A DNA stretch of 64,000 bases from an uncultured virus (IMG/VR IMGVR_UViG_3300042691_045142) (taxonomy: Duplodnaviria > Heunggongvirae > Uroviricota > Caudoviricetes), in the IMG/VR virus record IMGVR_UViG_3300042691_045142; one strand, 5' to 3'. This document shows positions 57,780 through 64,000 of the stretch, one piece after another. A model generated the notes under the pieces. That model saw nothing but the letters and a program-made list of their open reading frames with translations, had not been told where the DNA came from and did not search any database. The first letter of the stretch is position 1. Each line of letters starts with the position of its first letter. Position numbers and translations under genes: made by a program.

Positions 57780-58016
57780 ATGTTGACATTTCTTAAAAAG
57801 TTTTTTAGTAAAAGGCCCACAGTATCACCCTGCCCCGAGGCACCTTACAAAGTAGAAACACCGCAGACCACAGTAGGCACAGTGCCAATGAGCACACAGT
57901 ATGCTGAATCACCTGTGGTCATGGCCAAGAAAAAACCAGCTGCCAAAAAGCCTGCTGGTGACAAGAAGCCTGCGGTACGAGCAAAAACTGCCAGGACTAA
58001 GAAAACAACATCCTGA
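57780..58016 (+). CDS. Small protein with Lys/Ala-rich basic tail
   Basis: TAAATA and AAGGAG upstream; APYKVE..KKPAAKKPA. Confidence 0.7.
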   Translation: MLTFLKKFFSKRPTVSPCPEAPYKVETPQTTVGTVPMSTQYAESPVVMAKKKPAAKKPAGDKKPAVRAKTARTKKTTS

Positions 58017-58287
58017 TCAATCCGATGGCATCGATGGTCGTGAGCAGTAGATAGTTAGCCAGCATGCCAAAGGAACCACGACTAAGAGCACACCCAGCGT
58101 ATATAGCACAACCAAGTATCCAAACGGGGTAAAGAGCCAGGAGAGGTGGGTTTGGAACGGTGAATGCCATAACGAGAGAGCAGCCAATAGACAGAGCCCA
58201 AGCAAGGACCTCAAGACAAAAACGTATTCTATGGCTTTGGTAATCTTCACAGATCCATCTCCAGGTATTTAAAAACACATCAATCAT
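57997..58287 (-). CDS. Small 3-TM membrane protein
   Basis: Start reset to MIDVF (ATGA overlap with uvsE). Confidence 0.7.
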   Translation of the reverse strand: MIDVFLNTWRWICEDYQSHRIRFCLEVLAWALSIGCSLVMAFTVPNPPLLALYPVWILGCAIYAGCALSRGSFGMLANYLLLTTIDAIGLIRMLFS

Positions 58288-59312
58288 ACTGCCTTCACAA
58301 ATTTGGCAAATCCGTCGCGAGCTAGATTCTTGCCCTTGGCTTCGCATTCAATATCGAAGTAGGGTGAAAACCCAGCGGCCCATTCATTCACAGCGTCGTT
58401 CCAGTAGAAGTCTGAGTGGGCACGGAGTTGCTGTTTTTTATGACCTCTTGCAAGAAGTCCAGCAAGATCTGGCCTAGTTCGGGTATCATGACCAACAAGA
58501 ACATCTTCGCGACTAACGCTGTAATGCATACCAGGGCGAATGTCACGCCAAGACTCAGCCACACGCTGAACACGAGGGTCTTGGGGATCGATGTATTCTC
58601 CTGTTTTGACCCAATGGTGATGAATGTCCAGCACAAGAGCCACACGATCAGCCACAGTAAGAGTGATGTCAAGACCATTAGATACCTCGTCGTTTTCGAT
58701 AGTTATGAGATTGCGAGCCTCGGGGCTGAGTTTACCCAGAGTGCGCAGGAACTTTTCAGGACCACCTTTGCCCGACAAGTGTACATTGATCATGAATCCA
58801 TGATCGTGCCAGGTGGCACCATAGCCCATCCAACGAGCCATGTCTGCATGATACTCAAACTCTAGGATACTACGCTCTACGATGCCGTCATTTTCTGACG
58901 CCAGCACACAGAACTGCCCTGGATGGAAACTCAGCCTGACGTCGAGTTCTCTAGCACGAGCACCCACAGGAGAAAAAATCTTCTCTAGATGGCGTTGGAC
59001 ATCTGCTTGTTGCCACCAGTCGATCCACGAAGGTTCTGTGTAGCCTTGTAGCATTTCTGAGCCCAGGCGCACCATCCGCAGATGCTTGGGCAAACTGCCC
59101 ACTCGTTCTACCATGTTAAGAGCGGCCTGCGCATTATGATTCATAATATCCCACTGGCGTTGCTCAGCTTCTTCCTTGTGCTCGCGTAGCCAGCGCATGG
59201 TAGTGCTTCGTCCGTTTAGATCACGGCTTGCAGATGTGGGTTTACGCCCGGCTGTTTCATCCGGGTGATCTATCCATTTGCAACAAAAACCAATGCGAGG
59301 GGTAATAATCAT
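58284..59312 (-). CDS. uvsE: UV-damage endonuclease UvsE/UvdE
   Basis: RIGFCC, RLSFHPGQF.VL, IEND, LDIHHH, HYS, RAHSD, EAKGK. Confidence 0.92.
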   Translation of the reverse strand: MIITPRIGFCCKWIDHPDETAGRKPTSASRDLNGRSTTMRWLREHKEEAEQRQWDIMNHNAQAALNMVERVGSLPKHLRMVRLGSEMLQGYTEPSWIDWWQQADVQRHLEKIFSPVGARARELDVRLSFHPGQFCVLASENDGIVERSILEFEYHADMARWMGYGATWHDHGFMINVHLSGKGGPEKFLRTLGKLSPEARNLITIENDEVSNGLDITLTVADRVALVLDIHHHWVKTGEYIDPQDPRVQRVAESWRDIRPGMHYSVSREDVLVGHDTRTRPDLAGLLARGHKKQQLRAHSDFYWNDAVNEWAAGFSPYFDIECEAKGKNLARDGFAKFVKAV

Positions 59313-59410
59313 AATAGTGCTATTTTACGATAAATATCATTAGAGAGCAAGTGCTTCTTTGGTGAATACCACCCTTTCAGGTAAATATTTGATAGATAAA
59401 GGAAAATATC

Positions 59411-59719
59411 ATGGCCATTTACACTCAATCAACAATGGATTTTGATGCATCATCAGCGATCCAATCACAGTATCAAGCAGGAGTTGGACCTATTGTTCAA
59501 CCTTATATCACTGCCGGGTTTACCGAACCGATTCCAACTTGGACACCGCCACTGCCAGACGGAACGTACCCAGCACCCAGCGGACAATATCAAAATCATC
59601 GTAGTTGGACTGACCTAACACAAGCTCAACAATGTGCAAATCAGGTCAATGCTTGGTTAGATAGTAATCCTGAGTGCAAAGCATTCAACACAACAGGACC
59701 AATAGTGGTGCAAGAGTAA
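59411..59719 (+). CDS. Hypothetical protein (paralogue A)
   Basis: TAAATA and AAGGA upstream; IPTWTPPLP motif. Confidence 0.7.
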   Translation: MAIYTQSTMDFDASSAIQSQYQAGVGPIVQPYITAGFTEPIPTWTPPLPDGTYPAPSGQYQNHRSWTDLTQAQQCANQVNAWLDSNPECKAFNTTGPIVVQE

Positions 59720-59721
59720 AC

Positions 59722-60036
59722 ATGCGAGTATTCACTAGAGCTACAAAAAACTTTGCTGTTAGCAGAGAACTGCTTGAAGAATATCATAAGGTCATTGGCG
59801 CCGAAATAAAACAAAGATATCTAGATTCGGGAGCTATTAAAAATAAAATACCAACGTGGGTTCCACCGTTACCTGGACAGTATCCACCTTCCTCTGGCAT
59901 CTTTGTGACCATACACGAATGGACCGATGAAGAGCAAGCTAGAAAAGAAGTGGCTGAAGTCACTGCAAAACTAGAGCAGTATCCGCATCTTCGCGCCTAT
60001 ACAAGTGGACCTGAAGTTTATATCGAAAACGATTAA
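59722..60036 (+). CDS. Hypothetical protein (paralogue B)
   Basis: Start reset to MRVFT; IPTWVPPLP motif. Confidence 0.7.
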   Translation: MRVFTRATKNFAVSRELLEEYHKVIGAEIKQRYLDSGAIKNKIPTWVPPLPGQYPPSSGIFVTIHEWTDEEQARKEVAEVTAKLEQYPHLRAYTSGPEVYIEND

Positions 60037-60578
60037 GACAATAACTTAACAACGCTGTCAAAACTATCTTGTGTTAGATTTGACAGCGTTATTTTTTTGG
60101 TCACAGGATTAGGATGGTCTATCAACACCCATTGCGTTTCAGGATAGGTATTGAGGGTGGCGCGAAAAGCATTGTAGTAGTTTAGTTGTTTGTGATTTTT
60201 AAACTTGTCATCAAAGATTTTATCAGTGAGATCAAACCCCAACAATAATACCAGGTCATTTTGCTCAGCCACAAGGTGCATGGCTATTATTTCTTCTGGA
60301 TAGTCAAGAGCACCAGGAAAATCCCCTTCATAGAGATTTACCCGAGCAGGACGATTTAACTGTGCATAGTTTTTGTTGGCAGTATAAAAGTTGCACACGC
60401 TGTGGAATGCTCGTTGTATTAACTCTTGTGCCTTGTTCACGTCGTGACACAGTACATTATCTGTGTTCCAGGCACGCCATGTCTTCCAACTACCCCAGCT
60501 GGGTGCAATGTCTTTGAGCTGTTCGGGCGTGACGTGAGTGCTGGCAAACTGCTCGCTGATGATCCAACATACTCTCAT
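60033..60578 (-). CDS. Hypothetical protein, possible glycosyltransferase-like Rossmann fold
   Basis: AMHL..V.LLGFD motif. Confidence 0.5.
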   Translation of the reverse strand: MRVCWIISEQFASTHVTPEQLKDIAPSWGSWKTWRAWNTDNVLCHDVNKAQELIQRAFHSVCNFYTANKNYAQLNRPARVNLYEGDFPGALDYPEEIIAMHLVAEQNDLVLLLGFDLTDKIFDDKFKNHKQLNYYNAFRATLNTYPETQWVLIDHPNPVTKKITLSNLTQDSFDSVVKLLS

Positions 60579-61871
60579 TTATTTTGCCTTCAATGCTTGC
60601 CAACGGAACGCACCAAGACAGATCCAAGCAAACACACCTTCAGCAGTGGTATTGATGTTGATCACCAAATCGCCTTTGGTTCCACTGTAGCCCGGTGTTT
60701 CTGCAGACCATGAAATGGTATTGCGTCCAATGCGCAATCGTTGTATCGTGGTCATACCATCACCGTCGATCTCGATGTGATTCTGGCGGTTGGTACCCAG
60801 CACCAAGTTACCTTTGCGCCCTGTGCCAACAAATGCCGTGTTTTTGCTGAGTTTGCCCAGGCTCACGTTGACTTCTTCGTCCCATACAGACAGTGCAGAA
60901 TCAGGATCTTCTGTGTTGATGCCCACACGTCCGCGATTAACTGTCACGGTATCTCTTAGACTCACGTGACCATCTACTTGCAGACTTTCCAGTGCGCCCA
61001 CAGAAGTGATATTGGTGTTCTTGATACCGGGACTGAGAGCGTTGCCCGATACCAAAGGACGTCCGCCCACAGATACGTCTTCAATGTTGATACCACGTTT
61101 GATGGTTTTCAACATTGATTCTGTGAGCTCTTGGGCAAAATCATTTTTGATACGATCGTAGGTCACCGTGCCCACATGTTCGCTGAGATCTTGCCAGGCT
61201 TTGTTGTCCACAGCGATACGACCTTGCACACCAAGATCTCCCTTGACCAGCAAGTTACCTTTGAGTGTGGTATTGCGTTCTACCGACAGATCCTGGGTGA
61301 CTGTTTCACCTTCGACTACAATCACTCCATCCATCACAGTGAGCTGTGTGTTCGATGCTTGATCGTCAATACCATTGGATTGGAAGTTACGAGCAAGCTC
61401 TTGTGTGAGATGATCTCTGTGTTCCATGATCACTTGCCCTAACACAACGTTCATATCCAGCTCTCGAAGTCTAGCTCTCACACGATCTTCCATGCGCTGT
61501 GCTATGAGATTTTCAATCTTGACCACCCAAGCAGGATCTATGCTCAATGTATCAATGGTGTGTTCTACAAACTTTTCTACACCCTGATCCACGGCCTGGC
61601 GTATACGAGGTTGATCCACGTAGCTGGCCAGATCTGGCACAAATCCGTTGGCAAACATTTCACCAACTTTTTGTTCTACTGTGGTTACTAAATCAGGTAG
61701 GGTACCAATGTTGGCAAATCTAGCTGTGATGCGGTCCTGGACAAATCCAATGATCTGTTGCTCAAGATCCTCAATCCAGGCAGTCTGGCTCACTGCCTGT
61801 TGCACCTGTTGTGCTACAGCAGTTTTGATTTCTTGTTCTACCAGCTGAGCCAGTTGTTGTGCGTCAAGCAT
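60579..61871 (-). CDS. Coiled-coil plus fibre-like structural protein
   Basis: Helical N-half; ITSVG.L..L.V, RVGINT..P, G.KGD.V.N....W.C.G...W C-terminus. Confidence 0.65.
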   Translation of the reverse strand: MLDAQQLAQLVEQEIKTAVAQQVQQAVSQTAWIEDLEQQIIGFVQDRITARFANIGTLPDLVTTVEQKVGEMFANGFVPDLASYVDQPRIRQAVDQGVEKFVEHTIDTLSIDPAWVVKIENLIAQRMEDRVRARLRELDMNVVLGQVIMEHRDHLTQELARNFQSNGIDDQASNTQLTVMDGVIVVEGETVTQDLSVERNTTLKGNLLVKGDLGVQGRIAVDNKAWQDLSEHVGTVTYDRIKNDFAQELTESMLKTIKRGINIEDVSVGGRPLVSGNALSPGIKNTNITSVGALESLQVDGHVSLRDTVTVNRGRVGINTEDPDSALSVWDEEVNVSLGKLSKNTAFVGTGRKGNLVLGTNRQNHIEIDGDGMTTIQRLRIGRNTISWSAETPGYSGTKGDLVININTTAEGVFAWICLGAFRWQALKAK

Positions 61872-62784
61872 GTTCTCTCCATAGATCTAATGTGACACAG
61901 TGAAACCCACCGCCCAGGGTGCGACTGTGACTTAATTTGTGTGGTATCACTGTAAACCCACGAGTTTCTAGAGCATACCGCAGATCAGCTTGATCTGCGT
62001 CCATGATCACTGTAGTAGGATCAACCACTAACATATTTAACGCAATCCACTTTGAAGCGTAAGGGTACTGATAAAAGCCTTGTTCGACCACCTGATCTAC
62101 GTACAGAACATCCCAATCTTGGAATGCTCGGGGCAAGGTTTCACTGTTTACCCGTGCGCCATTGACGATGACCAGTCCTTCACGCAAAGGAACTATGGTT
62201 GAATCTATGTGTACTCCAGCGTAGAAGTTGCAAAGCTCAATGTTAATGTTGGGAAACTGGTTGCATAACCATTCATAGGCGGCTCGATTACCCGATGCAC
62301 TTTCTAAATACAACCAAGTGTCGCCCAGCCTACATACATTGGCCGCATCCAGCGTCATGCCTTCGTTTCTTGGCATATGGAGATAATGTTCAGCGGCATC
62401 AACAATGTCATAGTAGGCCGCCAACTCCATGTCTCTGCAGGGGTACATCATAGCGGGATCAACAATGGTAGTTCCTGCCACCAGCAATCTATCTCTAGGG
62501 CAATAGTTATACATACCACCCAACTGCACAAAATCCATTTCTTGCGGACGATGTACTTCTACTCCAAGATCAGTGAGTTTGCGAGCTAGATCATCCAGCT
62601 CTGCTTCGGCTTCGTTGATGATCCACCCAGGCACGGGTCCTGAGGGAACAGGAGTTTGTTTCCAAAGAGTTTTCTCACTTTCCTGTGCAAACACAGGGTC
62701 CGTGGTTGGCCAGTTGGCATGTCGAGCACTGCCTACCACAATGCTACGCAGTGGATCCCACTCGTTATAGGAATGGATCTTCAA
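61864..62784 (-). CDS. Amidinotransferase (glycine/inosamine-phosphate amidinotransferase family)
   Basis: SYNEWDPL, CPRD, DAAN, HID, GGGFHC.TLD. Confidence 0.9.
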   Translation of the reverse strand: MKIHSYNEWDPLRSIVVGSARHANWPTTDPVFAQESEKTLWKQTPVPSGPVPGWIINEAEAELDDLARKLTDLGVEVHRPQEMDFVQLGGMYNYCPRDRLLVAGTTIVDPAMMYPCRDMELAAYYDIVDAAEHYLHMPRNEGMTLDAANVCRLGDTWLYLESASGNRAAYEWLCNQFPNINIELCNFYAGVHIDSTIVPLREGLVIVNGARVNSETLPRAFQDWDVLYVDQVVEQGFYQYPYASKWIALNMLVVDPTTVIMDADQADLRYALETRGFTVIPHKLSHSRTLGGGFHCVTLDLWREHA

Positions 62785-63298
62785 TGGGGACTCCTGTGAT
62801 TTGTAGTGTGTAACGATTGGTCATGCCGTTGTTGGCAGCTAGATGCTGGACATCATTGCGCCAGATATACGTGTCTCCGGCTATCCATTTTGTTATAGGG
62901 TTGCCATCTATTTCAAGATAGTGACCGCTTTGCCAATCTTCCAACATGACTATGGCACGGTATATAGAATCATCATCCACAATTTTGTAGAGTTTTTTAA
63001 ATCGAGCATAGGTGTCTGAGTGATTGGGCAACACAGTACCCGGAGGCATGCGATACACTGACCAGGAAAAATATTGCCAGGGAAAATGAAAACGGAAAGG
63101 TGCTATCCAAGGTGGTTCAGGATTACGCATGTCATACATATCTCCCGTGAATCTTGTTTGGGTATAGCCTAGACTGCGCCATAGCTCTAGACTTTCAGGA
63201 TCGTTGAAAGGTTCGTTGACATAGGGCAGACTCTGATGGCTGACCCACCAAGGTTCCACCCATTTCTTGACCCACTGTTTATTTTCTGGTATTACCAT
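62765..63298 (-). CDS. 2OG-Fe(II) oxygenase / cupin-like protein
   Basis: PG..LP.HSD..R....LEDW..GH..H.AAN.G...RY.LQIT. Confidence 0.75.
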   Translation of the reverse strand: MVIPENKQWVKKWVEPWWVSHQSLPYVNEPFNDPESLELWRSLGYTQTRFTGDMYDMRNPEPPWIAPFRFHFPWQYFSWSVYRMPPGTVLPNHSDTYARFKKLYKIVDDDSIYRAIVMLEDWQSGHYLEIDGNPITKWIAGDTYIWRNDVQHLAANNGMTNRYTLQITGVPIEDPFL

Positions 63299-64000
63299 AG
63301 TGGATGATTTCGTAACCCTTCATGTCTGCCATTTTACGCCAAGGATCAACTATGACCGATCCTGCTTCGATAGGAGCATAGAAAGTATCGTCACGCACAT
63401 CACCTGTATAGCCATATGTGATTTGTCTATTGTGTGCCATCAACAACACACAAGCACCTTTGACTGATTGGATCACATTGGCATCGTCATCGGCCAAAGG
63501 ATCCAAATAACTCACAGAGAATCCAGCTTCCTTGATATAATATCCAATCAAAGTTGAGTAGCTACCGATGCAATAAGGCACATCAGGCTTGTAGGCTTTG
63601 CCATGTATGACGATGGGAAGATTCTTTTCTTTGGCTTTGTCTATCAAAAAGTGTGCAAGATTTTTTGCTTGTATTTCACGGGCATGCATGATGGTATCAA
63701 ACAGGTCGTATCCGATGTCATACTCTTCTGCCAGCCAACGCAGAGCGATGTTGTCTCGAGGATGACAAGCGCCAGCATCGCCCATGCCTGCTGTCATGTA
63801 CTTGGGTCCCATGATGCGCATGGTACTTTGTGCTAGAGCGTCTGTCACAACATCTACATTGATGTTGCCGATCTTCAGTGCAAAGTCCTGGATCATGTTG
63901 ACCAATCCAACCTTGGCAGAAATGAATGTGTTGTAGAAGATCTTGATGGCTTCGCACTCGTCCCAGGTGCCTGTGACATAGCGTGGATTGTTTTTCATCA
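63279..64000 (-). CDS. ugd: UDP-glucose/GDP-mannose dehydrogenase family, 5' truncated by window end
   Basis: E.IK.FYNT..K, GMGDAGACHPRD, G.AYKP, DP motifs. Confidence 0.88.
   Translation of the reverse strand, partial: MKNNPRYVTGTWDECEAIKIFYNTFISAKVGLVNMIQDFALKIGNINVDVVTDALAQSTMRIMGPKYMTAGMGDAGACHPRDNIALRWLAEEYDIGYDLFDTIMHAREIQAKNLAHFLIDKAKEKNLPIVIHGKAYKPDVPYCIGSYSTLIGYYIKEAGFSVSYLDPLADDDANVIQSVKGACVLLMAHNRQITYGYTGDVRDDTFYAPIEAGSVIVDPWRKMADMKGYEIIHYGNTRK

Noticed and set aside
546..63957. Numerous antisense and alternative-frame ORFs in the track (e.g. 546..1073, 34828..35286, 54302..54739)
   Set aside because: They shadow well-supported genes, lack RBSs or motifs, and read like reverse-strand artefacts.
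1..64000. Alternative genetic code or tRNA genes
   Set aside because: Known proteins translate full length in the standard code with all three stops in use, and no cloverleaf was found in the short intergenic gaps by eye.
1..64000. Apparent abundance of GATC
   Set aside because: This is an impression only. It needs a Markov-corrected count, and codon usage could explain it.

Overview
This window is 64 kb of a large tailed (jumbo/T4-like-scale) bacteriophage genome. It is gene-dense, mostly minus-strand, and shows no rRNA, tRNA or CRISPR that I can see. A Burkholderiales-like host is inferred from the Bug/TctC, phasin, ErpA and FdxA genes. Left to right: (1) PhoH, clamp loader, GroES-like chaperone, a truncated DnaE piece and MazG; (2) a baseplate/tail-fibre block at about 10.5-22.5 kb; (3) host-like metabolic genes (ErpA, SOD, IF-1, ferredoxin, NadE, YccA, Hc1); (4) an early region at about 30-46 kb built from small gene modules, many headed by a near-identical sigma70 promoter, four of them paired with a 16-bp palindrome GTTAGT-N4-ACTAAC, and one carrying an EcoRI-like endonuclease with a Dam-class methylase; (5) radical SAM, two ClpPs, a lipoprotein operon, phasin, desaturase, UvsE and a sugar/amidino-modification cluster. 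The most notable candidates are the promoter-plus-palindrome module architecture, the atypical R-M pair, a duplicated di-iron ferritin-like/orphan Bug module with amidation enzymes, and a perfect H-type RNA pseudoknot upstream of a ribosome-binding site. All functional calls come from motif recognition by eye; no searches were run.
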